Source of the DNA: an uncultured virus (IMG/VR IMGVR_UViG_2541047494_000006)
Taxonomy: Duplodnaviria > Heunggongvirae > Uroviricota > Caudoviricetes
DNA: 64,000 bases
Virus record (IMG/VR): IMGVR_UViG_2541047494_000006
Direction: 5' to 3' (one strand)
Below, piece by piece: positions 51,410 through 61,481 of this stretch (the first letter of the stretch is position 1; each line of letters begins with the position of its first letter). The notes beneath the pieces were generated by a model. The model saw only the letters and a program-made list of their open reading frames with translations, was not told where the DNA came from and made no database searches. The translations under genes and the position numbers were made by a program.

Positions 51410-52852
51410 CTAATTACAGTTTTTACAATTTGAGCGATATCCCTTTTTACCATTTTTATCAAACCTAGATAGCAACTTAATTTTTCCACATCTGCTACAT
51501 TTTTTATATTTTCCTTTACAAACAGATATATAATAATAATTTTCTTCATAGTTTTTCTCATATGCATCTATTATTTTGTTCACTATTTTATTTATTTGAT
51601 TATTTATTGCTTGAGGAGTTATATTCATTAAATTTGAAATAAACTCTAATGATTTATCTTTTCTATATAAATTTAAAATATCTTTTTGTACTGTGGTAAA
51701 TTCAATTTTAGATATAATATTATTTAAATCCATAACTATACATGTTAAATCATCTTGCAAATCATTACCCTTTTGAATCCTTAAAAGCTCTTTAACATGT
51801 GATTTATCAAACATATCTAAATAGTCCCATTCTGGGCTTCCTGCATCTGCTAATGGTGCTTTCCATATAATTGGTCTCTCTATAGAATTTTTAACATCAG
51901 TCATATCATTTTTTAATGCATTTAAATTTTTCCTAACCATTCTCTTAAGTTTTAACTCTTCTTTACTTAATTGTTTATGTCCTAATTCTTTATATTTAGC
52001 TTTATACCATTCATAAGTATCTGAGTATGTTTTTATAATTGGATATTTTTTAATATCTTTAGGTTTAACTTTTATATCTTTTATTTTTTTATAGTTTTTA
52101 GGTAATTGAAAAAATGCAAAGGAATTGTCTTCTAGGAATCCATCTTTATTAGAAGTGTTTGAATTTATATTTCCACCATTTGCAGGTGCTATTTTATTTA
52201 GAAGTGCTTCTTCCTGACATGCTCTATTAAATAACTCTTTTGAATTGTATATTCTTATTTTAGTTTCCTTAGGTTTATCATCTACTGAGAGTATATAGCT
52301 CCCCATTATTTCTAATGTTTTTGCTATATTAGAAGTAGAATATATACTGTCATCTTTATTTAATATCAACTTAATTTTCGATGTATTATGATGTGTGTAC
52401 TCCCATGTACCATTACTATTACTAAAAGGATTTTTAACATTTATATATTCGATTGGATTAATTTGATTATAGCCACACCAAGTAATGAATCTATTATAAT
52501 CCATAACTACTTCTTCTCCATCAATAGTAACATAATATACACCATCTTTATCTAAAGGACTATCTGATGTTTGCTCAAATATATTTTCCCAAAATTTATC
52601 ATTGAATTGTTTTTTTTCTTGATATTTCACTCTAGTAATAATATTCTCATTTCTCTTTGTAAGAGTATTATAAAATGTATCTATATAATTTCTATTTGAC
52701 TCTTCAAACCACGTGTGTTTTACCCCTAATCGTTCCTCTATGTATTTAATTCTATCTTTGCTATTGTCTATGCTATAATCTAAATTCTTTATGTAATCTT
52801 GTGCAGATTTGCCATCTATTTCTTCATAAAAATTGTTATTATTATATATCAA
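51410..52852 (-). CDS. Putative transcription factor with sigma region-4-like HTH and C-terminal Zn finger
   Basis: SLEFISNLMNITPQAINNQI HTH; CSRC...CKNC. Confidence 0.55.
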   Translation of the reverse strand: MIYNNNNFYEEIDGKSAQDYIKNLDYSIDNSKDRIKYIEERLGVKHTWFEESNRNYIDTFYNTLTKRNENIITRVKYQEKKQFNDKFWENIFEQTSDSPLDKDGVYYVTIDGEEVVMDYNRFITWCGYNQINPIEYINVKNPFSNSNGTWEYTHHNTSKIKLILNKDDSIYSTSNIAKTLEIMGSYILSVDDKPKETKIRIYNSKELFNRACQEEALLNKIAPANGGNINSNTSNKDGFLEDNSFAFFQLPKNYKKIKDIKVKPKDIKKYPIIKTYSDTYEWYKAKYKELGHKQLSKEELKLKRMVRKNLNALKNDMTDVKNSIERPIIWKAPLADAGSPEWDYLDMFDKSHVKELLRIQKGNDLQDDLTCIVMDLNNIISKIEFTTVQKDILNLYRKDKSLEFISNLMNITPQAINNQINKIVNKIIDAYEKNYEENYYYISVCKGKYKKCSRCGKIKLLSRFDKNGKKGYRSNCKNCN

Positions 52853-52854
52853 TA

Positions 52855-53103
52855 TTATACCTCCTTTCCTTGCAATCCATCATCATAATCTGTATCATCA
52901 TAATCCCATAGTTCATCCTTAAAATCCTCCTTATGCCTTTCATTTACAATATCATATGAAGACCTTTTACTCATCTCTGTGTATGTATCTATCATTTGTT
53001 CATATTCCTCATTTAATATTTGATACCTATTTTTATGTACGCCTGTTTTCTCTGATTCATCTAAATCTTCTAAATATATTAATTCTATTTTTTTCTCTTT
53101 CAT
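52855..53103 (-). CDS. Acidic hypothetical protein
   Basis: 82 aa with SD AAGGAG. Confidence 0.55.
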   Translation of the reverse strand: MKEKKIELIYLEDLDESEKTGVHKNRYQILNEEYEQMIDTYTEMSKRSSYDIVNERHKEDFKDELWDYDDTDYDDGLQGKEV

Positions 53104-53145
53104 ACTTCTCCTTTTCTATATTATAAGATTTTAAATTAATTTTCT

Positions 53146-53194
53146 TGGTCACATTTCTGTGCCGTTTTTTTGCCTTTTGGTCACATTTCTGTGC
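53146..53194. repeat. Direct repeat TTGGTCACATTTCTGTGCC x2 (candidate iterons)
   Basis: Two exact 19-nt copies ~32 nt apart, just downstream of the Rep-like gene. Confidence 0.6.
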
Positions 53195-53280
53195 CACCCC
53201 TAAATTTAATTTTTTAACTGTTTTTCCTATATTTTTGTTAATTTTTACAGTTCATTACCTCTTATTCTTAGACAGACTTT

Positions 53281-54159
53281 CTAAATACAATTAAAAAAGC
53301 ATAAATCAATTGTTTTCTTTGCTAAATTTAAATTATTTCCCTTCCATATTACACAAGGATTTATAATGAAATAGTCTGTATTTTTGTTATTCCCTTCAAC
53401 GATTACATATTTAAAAAAATAATATTTATCATCTTCTACCTTTATATAAAATCTAAGTAATTCCTTTTTAAATTTGTTCATATCTTGTTTTATTGTACTA
53501 ATATTTAATAATTGACAAATTTTATATAAACTAATTTTTTTTATTTTTGAAATATCTGTTTCATGAGGGTTTAAACATAAGATATTACTCTCGAAATGTA
53601 TATATGGTATGAGTTGATATATATAACTTAATTGTTTATGTTGTCTTGGTGTGCAATGTTCAAAAAGAAATCTACTAGTATTTATATATATTCTTGTATA
53701 TTCTTTATTTTCAAAATTAGGAATTCCTTTAGTAAAATACTTTGGATTTATATAAAATTTATTATTAGATTCATATAATAATTCACATTTTTTTACGTCT
53801 GCTAAAAAATTTCTAAATGCCCTATCTTTAAGATTTAATATTTCTCTCATGTTTTTTCTATCTATAGGAATCATTTCTTTAAACTGAGAATATCTAACCA
53901 ATAAATTTTCTTCTCCTGTATTATAGTTTAGATATGTTGCGAGATATATTAATCTACTTATATTAGCTTTACTTATATTTACTTCATTAAATAATAATTC
54001 ATTTTTAACATAAGTACAAAATACAAAACCTCCTAATTTAAAATTATGGTATGGTAATTCTTTTTTATTATTGATAATAGCCCTTTGCTCTGGAGAAAAA
54101 CTCTTTTTTCTCTTTCCAATTTCAAGTACCTCACCTCTTTTCATCCCTTTATGCTCCAA
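53281..54159 (-). CDS. Putative plasmid-type replication initiator (winged HTH)
   Basis: RLIYLATYLNY, FYINPKYFTKG and YFIINP motifs; next to the partition pair and flanked by repeats. Confidence 0.55.
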   Translation of the reverse strand: MEHKGMKRGEVLEIGKRKKSFSPEQRAIINNKKELPYHNFKLGGFVFCTYVKNELLFNEVNISKANISRLIYLATYLNYNTGEENLLVRYSQFKEMIPIDRKNMREILNLKDRAFRNFLADVKKCELLYESNNKFYINPKYFTKGIPNFENKEYTRIYINTSRFLFEHCTPRQHKQLSYIYQLIPYIHFESNILCLNPHETDISKIKKISLYKICQLLNISTIKQDMNKFKKELLRFYIKVEDDKYYFFKYVIVEGNNKNTDYFIINPCVIWKGNNLNLAKKTIDLCFFNCI

Positions 54160-54415
54160 TATTTCTCCTGTTCTTTTGTCTGTTACAATAACATCTTTTA
54201 TAAATTCATTACCTCTAACTATAAATATCTACCTCTTTTCTTATAAATTTTATTTCAATTACAAGATAAAAATCATCTTGCAATTGTTCTTCGCAACATG
54301 TTGCTTCAGAAATTTCATTACCCTCTATGTTCTATTTCTATTATATCATATACCCTCTATGTTCTCAATATTTTTTTTAATATCTACCCAAAATTTCTTG
54401 AGTAGATATTTTCTT

Positions 54416-54688
54416 TTAATCTGGCATATTATTAAATATATTCTTAATAATAGGATTTTCTCTTTTTATATCTTTTTTTTCTTCAGTAACATTTGTCTTT
54501 TTATTTGTCCTATATACACCATTGCCTAAACATTGTTTTAATAATTTATTTTCTTCTTGAAGATTTTTCCACTCTAATATTATTCTTTCCAAAGCTGTAT
54601 TTCTACTGCTTATATTTTTATCATTTTGATACTTTTCTATTTCACCAAATATATCTTCTTCTAAATAAAAGCTAGATGATTTTTTCAT
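54416..54688 (-). CDS. ParR-like RHH centromere-binding adaptor
   Basis: SSSFYLEEDI...SRNTALERII RHH pattern; directly downstream of the ParM-like gene. Confidence 0.65.
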   Translation of the reverse strand: MKKSSSFYLEEDIFGEIEKYQNDKNISSRNTALERIILEWKNLQEENKLLKQCLGNGVYRTNKKTNVTEEKKDIKRENPIIKNIFNNMPD

Positions 54689-54700
54689 ATAATATCACTC

Positions 54701-55615
54701 CTAGAATTGTTCCATACCTACTTCAAATAATCCTTTAGCTGTAGCCATTTGTGCATCTTTAGAAACTTTAAATCTATTATCGAATGTCATATGTAATGCT
54801 GTACCTCCACTTACATATACATCCATTTCATCTATGTTCTTCCATTTAGAAGATATTCTTTGAGCTGTGCTTTCAGAAGCCATAATGTAAGCAACTTTCT
54901 TAAGTTCATCATAATCATTAGAACTATCTATCTCATTAAGTTCTCTTATTATTCCTCTATCTTTTAGTTGCTTCTGAACCATTGTTAAAGCATCTTGATT
55001 TCCAGCTTCTAATGTGTCTGATAGTTTATCATTAAATACAAAACCTTTTTCAAAGAAAGACATCTCAGTACTTCTAAAACCTATTGAAACCATGCCAACC
55101 GCTTTATCTTCATTTACTTTTCCTTCTAATGTATGAAATAATGCAGCATCTCCTTCTCTAAAAATTGATATATCAGATATTTTTATTTCTTTATGTCCAC
55201 CTTTTATTTTATCTTTTACTTTAAATGTTTTACCTTTATATGTGTCTACAACTTCTTTTAATGTTGTTTTCCTAAATGATTTATATGGAACGCCCATCAT
55301 CAATTTTACTTCATCAGCTACAGCTATTTCATTAAGAGCAGCAGCAACTAATATTCTCATTGTAAAAGATACTTTAGAATCATCAGAATTTCTTATAGGT
55401 GTTATACTTTCTTTTTCTGCTAATGAACCAACAAAGTAACTTACACTTTCAAAATCTATGTATATTGGATTTTCATATTTCTCAAAATCTATGTTTCTTC
55501 CATCACCAAATACTGATTTGAATAAACATTCTTTAACCATTCCATTGTACTTACTATATCCTTTTACGTATCCTCTTCCTATATCTAAGCCTATAACTTG
55601 GTAATTTTCTTCCAT
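54701..55615 (-). CDS. parM: ParM/StbA-family actin-like partition ATPase
   Basis: GLDIGRGYVK, REGDAA, SIGFRSTE and SGGTA actin-fold motifs; SD AGGAGG supports a start at 55615. Confidence 0.85.
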   Translation of the reverse strand: MEENYQVIGLDIGRGYVKGYSKYNGMVKECLFKSVFGDGRNIDFEKYENPIYIDFESVSYFVGSLAEKESITPIRNSDDSKVSFTMRILVAAALNEIAVADEVKLMMGVPYKSFRKTTLKEVVDTYKGKTFKVKDKIKGGHKEIKISDISIFREGDAALFHTLEGKVNEDKAVGMVSIGFRSTEMSFFEKGFVFNDKLSDTLEAGNQDALTMVQKQLKDRGIIRELNEIDSSNDYDELKKVAYIMASESTAQRISSKWKNIDEMDVYVSGGTALHMTFDNRFKVSKDAQMATAKGLFEVGMEQF

Positions 55616-56635
55616 TTTCATTCCTCCTAAGTAAATATTTGCTAAATATATTATACCATATAAAAACTTGATAATTACATTAAATTTGCACAAAAATTCA
55701 ACTATAAAATGACATTTTTTAGTTATTAGTTAAAATTAGCACTAAATTAGAACTATATATAATTTAAATTTAAACCAATAATTTATTATTAAAAATTTTT
55801 AGTTAATATTTAAATTATATATCAACTATTTCCAAACCAATAAATCAATTTCTTTAACTATACTATTTATGTTTTTTTAGATGTCAATTTTAATTTTAAG
55901 TAAAATATTGAAACTTATTTTCTTACAGACGACATTTTCATTCTAATTTAATAAATCTTCCTATATTTCAAGTTATTTTTTGTATTTAATATTTTTATAT
56001 ATATTAGTTGTTTTTATGTAATCAATACATACACTTTTATTTTATATTTTCCTTGTTAAGAATGTAATTTAAGAGTAAAAATCTAAGAAATATCTTTAGA
56101 TAAATATTTGTTTTATGAGGAAAATACAGAGCTATTTCGTCTGTAAATCCGTCTGCAATTTTTTTGAAATGTGGAAATGAAAGGACTACACACAAAATCC
56201 TACTGACAAACAAGCCACTTTCCATAAAATACCCCCTACTTCATTTTTATTTATTTTAATATGTAAAACACTCTATTTACTTTATTTAATTAATAAAAGT
56301 ATTACTTTTATCTTATTTTAAAAATCTATGTTTTTGTCAGCAAAAAATGGCATAAAATTAAGTATTTTATGCCATTTTTCTAAAACCTAGTATTTTAAAC
56401 ACTTACAACACCTACACCTTCTATTTTGTCAGTAAAATGTCAGTCATTATAATTCTTAGACTACAAACCTGTTGTAATCACTGCATTTCAATTTTTAGTT
56501 ATTGATATCTATATAAAATATTATTTGCTATAGAATAAATTTTTTTGTTATGGATTATAAAGTCTTATATACATCATTTTAGCATTAATCTGACATCGTC
56601 GAATATCAACTCACAACCTCATTGCCATATTTTTC

Positions 56636-56664
56636 TTGACAAATTTGTCATTATTGTATATAAT
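56636..56664 (+). promoter_or_regulatory. Consensus sigma-A promoter
   Basis: TTGACA-N17-TATAAT. Confidence 0.8.
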
Positions 56665-56720
56665 TTAATTAAGATAAGAATTAATCTTATCTATACAATT
56701 CAATATTAGGGGGTGACGTT

Positions 56721-56879
56721 ATGAGAATAACAAAAGGCAAAATAAAAGAGCTAATCGAGTTGTGCCACCAACTTGAAAAGCTCTTTGTACAAGTATTTAA
56801 ATCACTTGAACATATTTTGATTTCTTTATGTTCTTGTATCGGTTGGTTATTAATACTTATATACATAATTAAACATTAA
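56721..56879 (+). CDS. Small membrane peptide, 52 aa (not in ORF track)
   Basis: MRITKGKIKELIELCHQLEKLFVQVFKSLEHILISLCSCIGWLLILIYIIKH*; SD GGGGGTG. Confidence 0.7.
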   Translation: MRITKGKIKELIELCHQLEKLFVQVFKSLEHILISLCSCIGWLLILIYIIKH

Positions 56880-56963
56880 TAACCAATGCAATATACCTAT
56901 AAAAATATATCTCTATAGGTATATTGTAACACACCTAATATTGAAAGTAAACGAGGTGACGAC

Positions 56964-57065
56964 ATGAGTCAACATATTAAAAACACTTTAAAAATAATAA
57001 AGATACTAGGTTTATTATTCTTCTTATATTTTGCACTTAGAGCAATATATATTGTTTATCTTTAA
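56964..57065 (+). CDS. Small membrane peptide, 33 aa (not in ORF track)
   Basis: MSQHIKNTLKIIKILGLLFFLYFALRAIYIVYL*; SD GAGGTG. Confidence 0.65.
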   Translation: MSQHIKNTLKIIKILGLLFFLYFALRAIYIVYL

Positions 57066-57131
57066 TATCTTTATTGAGTTGCTTAATGTATAAGTAACTC
57101 TTTTTTGTTATAATATTAATGAGGTGATAGC

Positions 57132-57323
57132 ATGAAATTAGAAAAATTAATTGATATAAGAAAAGAAAAAAAATATTCTCAAGAGGATATTGCTAGAATG
57201 TTAGACATATCTTTAAGAAATTATCACAGAAAAGAAAAAGGAGAGAATCAATTTACAGTAAGTGAACTAGAAAAAATATGTAGCTATTTAGATATAGAAT
57301 CAAAAGAACTACTTGACATATAG
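57132..57323 (+). CDS. XRE/Cro-like HTH protein
   Basis: YSQEDIARMLDISLRNYHRKEKG. Confidence 0.85.
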   Translation: MKLEKLIDIRKEKKYSQEDIARMLDISLRNYHRKEKGENQFTVSELEKICSYLDIESKELLDI

Positions 57324-57536
57324 TAATATAATCTACTCAAGGTAGTACTTAACATTAAATAAAATAATTTAATAATATAAAATAGACTAGCTATAATCTA
57401 GTCTATTTTATTATAATAACATATTGTACAAGCCATTTAAATCCATTCTAAGCACATTTCAATGCATTCACCTTATGTTTATACCTTTAATCTTTAAAAT
57501 TAAATATAAAAATAAGCTAGACATATATACTCTAGC

Positions 57537-57848
57537 TTACAGTAATTTTTTTAATGTGTTGACTTGTTCTTGTACTATTGTTTTACTCTTAGTGTCTAAC
57601 TCTCTATAATTATTTAATAGTTGTTTTTCTTCTTCTTCTAGTTGTATATTTTCTCTATTGTCTGTAAGACATAATATATAATCTATACTTACATTATATA
57701 TATTAGATAATTTTATAAGCGTCTCATTGTCAATTTTTCTTCTGTTTGTTTCATAGTTTTGTATTGTTACATAATGTACGCCTAATAGTTCTCCCACTTG
57801 TTGAGTTGAATATCCTTTTTCTTTTCTTAGCTCTCTCAATCTATTCAT
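57537..57848 (-). CDS. XRE-family HTH repressor
   Basis: MNRLRELRKEKGYSTQQVGELLGV; SD GAGGTG supports a start at 57848. Confidence 0.85.
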   Translation of the reverse strand: MNRLRELRKEKGYSTQQVGELLGVHYVTIQNYETNRRKIDNETLIKLSNIYNVSIDYILCLTDNRENIQLEEEEKQLLNNYRELDTKSKTIVQEQVNTLKKLL

Positions 57849-57936
57849 TAAATCACCTCTTAATTCTAAATATAACATATTATAAATTTAATTACAATTG
57901 TATTCAAAACGGTATGTTTTATATATGACATTATTT

Positions 57937-57997
57937 AAAACATTTTGTTTTGTTTTTTATATTTTATATTGACAATCAAAACATTTTGTTTTATAAT
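57937..57997 (+). promoter_or_regulatory. Early promoter with two AAAACATTTTGTTTT operators
   Basis: TTGACA-N17-TATAAT at 57968-57996; quasi-palindromic operator at ~57937 and ~57978. Confidence 0.75.
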
Positions 57998-58570
57998 TAA
58001 ATCATAGCAAGGGAGAACAAGAAAACACAAAGCCACCTCTCAAATGAAGTAACAGGCAAAGAACCTTCTTAAAACTCTAGCTAATATCTTAAAGGGTTCT
58101 ATTAAAAAATATTAAACTACTATTAAAAAATTACTACCTTTAAGTTGACCTTTTAAATGGTGTGAATGGTGAAAGGCACACAACACAAATATTACACATA
58201 GTTTTTTCTTCATTTTTTAACTACAAAAATGAATTAGTCATACCAGTTGGTGAGGTGTTCCCAACATTAAGTAATTAAATAAATAAAATTAATAAAGGTT
58301 TCCAATTAAAGCCTACAAAAAATTGAGGTATCAACTTAGTTGCTTCTATAATGGCACTCAATACAATTTAATATGACATAGCAGTTGTGAGGTACTGCGT
58401 TATAAAAAGTACTAAAGATTGAGCATTAAAATTATAGTTTGTACTGCTTGACACCTACATGGTTATAAACTATCTAATATTTACTAGTATAATTTAAACT
58501 ATTTATTAGATTATTTTAGTAAGTGTTAGAATACAACACTTAAATTATGATATAATAATAAAATAGGAGT

Positions 58571-58903
58571 GTGAACGGCATGGATGAAAAAATATTAGAA
58601 TTATTACAAAAAATGGATACTAGTATTAATGATATACAAGGAGAAATAAAATGGATTAATACTAGACTAGATAGTATGGATGGTCGTTTTGATGGGATTG
58701 AAAACCAACTTAGTGATTTAAAAGAAGGACAAGAAGAAATTAAAAAGAAACTAGACTTAACTTATAATCAAGTTGCTAGAAATATGGAAGGCATAACAGA
58801 AGTTGGAGAAAAAATAGACACTTTAAAAAATGACATGAACTTTGTAGAAATGGCTACATCTAAAAATTGGAATGAAATAGCAAAGTTAAAATCAATTAAA
58901 TAG
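58571..58903 (+). CDS. Coiled-coil hypothetical protein
   Basis: Heptad pattern; paralog of the next gene. Confidence 0.7.
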   Translation: MNGMDEKILELLQKMDTSINDIQGEIKWINTRLDSMDGRFDGIENQLSDLKEGQEEIKKKLDLTYNQVARNMEGITEVGEKIDTLKNDMNFVEMATSKNWNEIAKLKSIK

Positions 58904-58914
58904 GAGTAGATAAA

Positions 58915-59148
58915 ATGGATGAGAAAACATTAGAATTGCTACGAGAAATACAGGAAAGTATTAAAATTTTAAATGACAAGCTTGACGAATTTGATTATAC
59001 ACAAGATAAAATAAAATCTAATGTTGAGGGACTTTTAGAATGTTTTAGTCGTATTGATTTTAGAATTGAAGACCTAGAAAATGGTCAAACCTCATTGTAT
59101 ACTAAGCTTGATATAGTGCAAAATGAAACAGCAAAATCAATTAAATAG
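58915..59148 (+). CDS. Coiled-coil hypothetical protein (paralog)
   Basis: Shares MDEKxLELL start and KSIK end with the previous ORF. Confidence 0.7.
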   Translation: MDEKTLELLREIQESIKILNDKLDEFDYTQDKIKSNVEGLLECFSRIDFRIEDLENGQTSLYTKLDIVQNETAKSIK

Positions 59149-59242
59149 CAGTACATAAAAAGACACTTGAATTATTGAGTGTCTTTTCTACAAGCTCTTA
59201 GTATGGTATTATTAAACAATAATATCATTGGAGGTATAACGA

Positions 59243-59431
59243 ATGTATGAGCAGAGAAAAGCAAAAGTAATATTCAATAAAGGAGCTGGTAATTCTAGGG
59301 GAGAATCATATACGAATAGGGTTACAATTCCAACTACATGGATAAAACATATGGACATAACTAAACTAGACAGGGAAGTTTTGTTGACTTTTGATGGTAA
59401 TAAAATAGTAATAGAAAAAATAGATGAGTAG
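59243..59431 (+). CDS. AbrB/MazE-like DNA-binding protein
   Basis: RVTIPTTWIKHMDI...VLLTFDGNKIVIEK. Confidence 0.8.
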   Translation: MYEQRKAKVIFNKGAGNSRGESYTNRVTIPTTWIKHMDITKLDREVLLTFDGNKIVIEKIDE

Positions 59432-59660
59432 ATAAAAAATCTACTCAAAAAAATACTTGACAACTCGTGACGAGTCGATTGTAATTAAATCATAAAATAA
59501 AATTTTTTACAAAATGACTAGTAACGAGTCGGTAAAAAGGGAGGATATAAAATGCTAAATATATACATAACTAATTTAGGGAAATATGATTGAGATGCCT
59601 TTTATATAGTTCTCTAATATGGTATTATTATTCTATAATAATAATGTTGGAGGGGACAAA

Positions 59661-59855
59661 ATGAATTTAGAGAGACTAAAAGAGTTAAGGTTAGAAAGAG
59701 GATACAGTCAACAACAATTTGCAACTTATATTGGATTGTCTACTTCTACATATACAGATAAAGAAGCAGGGAAAACAAAATTCAAGGTTGAAGAATTAGA
59801 GAAAATATTAAAATTTCTAAATCTTGACCCTTTGGAATTGCTTGACTTAGATTAA
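59661..59855 (+). CDS. XRE/Cro-like HTH protein
   Basis: MNLERLKELRLERGYSQQQFATYIGLS; SD GGAGGGG. Confidence 0.85.
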   Translation: MNLERLKELRLERGYSQQQFATYIGLSTSTYTDKEAGKTKFKVEELEKILKFLNLDPLELLDLD

Positions 59856-60006
59856 AAAGTCAACTTTTCTAAATAATAAAACCGAAAAATCGTTGACAAT
59901 ATCCGTTTTGAGATTTATAATTAAAATATCAAATAAAAAATTTAAAAAACAAAACCGAAAAATCGTTTTAAAAAATCGTTTTATAATAAAAAAGGAGGAT
60001 ATAAAA

Positions 60007-60720
60007 ATGCTAAATATATACATAACTAATTTAGGGAAATATAACGAAGGTGAACTAATAGGGGAATGGGCTGAACTTCCAGTAAACGAGGAAGAATTAC
60101 AAGAAATATTAGATAGAATAGGGATAAATGAAGAATATGAGGAGTATTTCATAACAGATTTTGAAACAGATATAGAAGGGTTAGAAATAAGTGAACATAG
60201 CAATATAGAGCAACTGAATGAATTAGCAATGAAACTTGAGAGGTTAGAAGAATATGAGATTGAAGAGTTAAAAGCTTTACTTGAACGTGGATACATTGAT
60301 TTTTATGACATGCTTGAAGGGGATATTTGCAGATTATCAGGTAATTATACTTTTATACAACTTGATGACAGGTCACCATTGGATGATGAAAATTTAGGAC
60401 GTAGTTACATAGAAGAAATATGTTGTGGTGATTTATCTTGTATAGAAAATATTGCTTACTACTTTGACATAGAAGCATTTTCAAGAGATTTACGTTTTGA
60501 TAGAGATATGATTATTGAAAATTTATACGAAGAAGATATAGAATATTATGAAAATATGACAGATATTGAATTTGCAGAGAATTATATTGAACGATTAGGA
60601 GATATTGAAGAGTTAGGTCAAGAAACACTTGAAAGATACTTTAATTATGAGCTATATGGAACTGACTTACGTTATGAGAATATTTGTATAGCATCAAATT
60701 ATTTAGCTATAGTTTCTTAA
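60007..60720 (+). CDS. ardA: Antirestriction protein ArdA
   Basis: IYITNLGKYNEGELIGEW, EEYFITDFE and YFDIEAFSRDL motifs; very acidic; SD AGGAGG before the ATG at 60007. Confidence 0.9.
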   Translation: MLNIYITNLGKYNEGELIGEWAELPVNEEELQEILDRIGINEEYEEYFITDFETDIEGLEISEHSNIEQLNELAMKLERLEEYEIEELKALLERGYIDFYDMLEGDICRLSGNYTFIQLDDRSPLDDENLGRSYIEEICCGDLSCIENIAYYFDIEAFSRDLRFDRDMIIENLYEEDIEYYENMTDIEFAENYIERLGDIEELGQETLERYFNYELYGTDLRYENICIASNYLAIVS

Positions 60721-60787
60721 ATAAAAAGTTTTAGGGCGTTCTTTAAAAACGCCACTTCCAATAAAAAAATTGAAAGGGGAATAAATC

Positions 60788-60928
60788 ATGAAAAAATTAA
60801 TAATTAAGATAAAATCATTGTTTAAAAAGGATTTAGATAGTAGCTATTGGAGTACTACAGAAAGTATTATTTTAAAATGTGGAAACAGCAATCAATTAAA
60901 ATTATTGAAACAATCTAATAAATTATAA
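60788..60928 (+). CDS. Small hypothetical protein, 46 aa
   Basis: SD AAGGGG; MKKLIIKIKSLFKKDLDSSYW... Confidence 0.55.
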   Translation: MKKLIIKIKSLFKKDLDSSYWSTTESIILKCGNSNQLKLLKQSNKL

Positions 60929-60944
60929 AGGGGGATTATTAAAA

Positions 60945-61166
60945 ATGAAAATAAATAGCAAAATATCAAATGTAGTATGGGACATAAAAACAAAAGAGTT
61001 AAATAAGCAGGATATACTTTTTATAGAAAATTTCAACCCAACAATATATCATAATGATGTTGATTGTTACCTGTGGTCACTTGATGAAAAACTACCAAGT
61101 GGTGTATGGTTGGAAAATATAAAATTTAATAATGAAATAACAGAAGCTAAAGCTATTGTTTTATAA
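60945..61166 (+). CDS. Hypothetical early protein
   Basis: ORF with SD. Confidence 0.6.
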   Translation: MKINSKISNVVWDIKTKELNKQDILFIENFNPTIYHNDVDCYLWSLDEKLPSGVWLENIKFNNEITEAKAIVL

Positions 61167-61210
61167 AATTCAATTCTTAAGATAGATGTAAAATATTAGG
61201 AGGGTTAAAA

Positions 61211-61447
61211 ATGATAAATTATTCTAAATATATGACTGCAACAGATTTAATAAATATATGTGACATTTTAGAAGGTGAAACAATAGGAGAAGCAGGAACT
61301 TATAATTCCTTAAGTACTAGACTAGGAAACTTAATCGGATTAGATTGGGCTTTAAAAGGAGAAGAATTGAGACAGCAATTAATACAAAATATTAATAATA
61401 TGATGTATTTAGATAATGAAAATAAAATTCAATATAAAGAATTTTAA
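61211..61447 (+). CDS. Hypothetical early protein
   Basis: ORF with SD AGGAGG. Confidence 0.65.
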   Translation: MINYSKYMTATDLINICDILEGETIGEAGTYNSLSTRLGNLIGLDWALKGEELRQQLIQNINNMMYLDNENKIQYKEF

Positions 61448-61481
61448 ATAAAAAATAATTAATTTATAGGAGGAAAATAAA

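Noticed and set aside
774..54675. Numerous short plus-strand ORFs overlapping minus-strand genes (e.g. 774..1106, 3436..3861, 23621..24058, 49056..49337, 50587..50892, 54071..54529)
   Set aside because: Antisense shadows of AT-rich genes or RNA regions, with biased composition and no SD
56037..56225. 62-aa ORF at the strand switch
   Set aside because: No recognisable family, and it lies in a repeat-rich non-coding region; not supported enough to list
58030..58110. c-di-GMP-I riboswitch
   Set aside because: GGCAAA is present, but the GNRA/receptor pair and second GCAAA element are not
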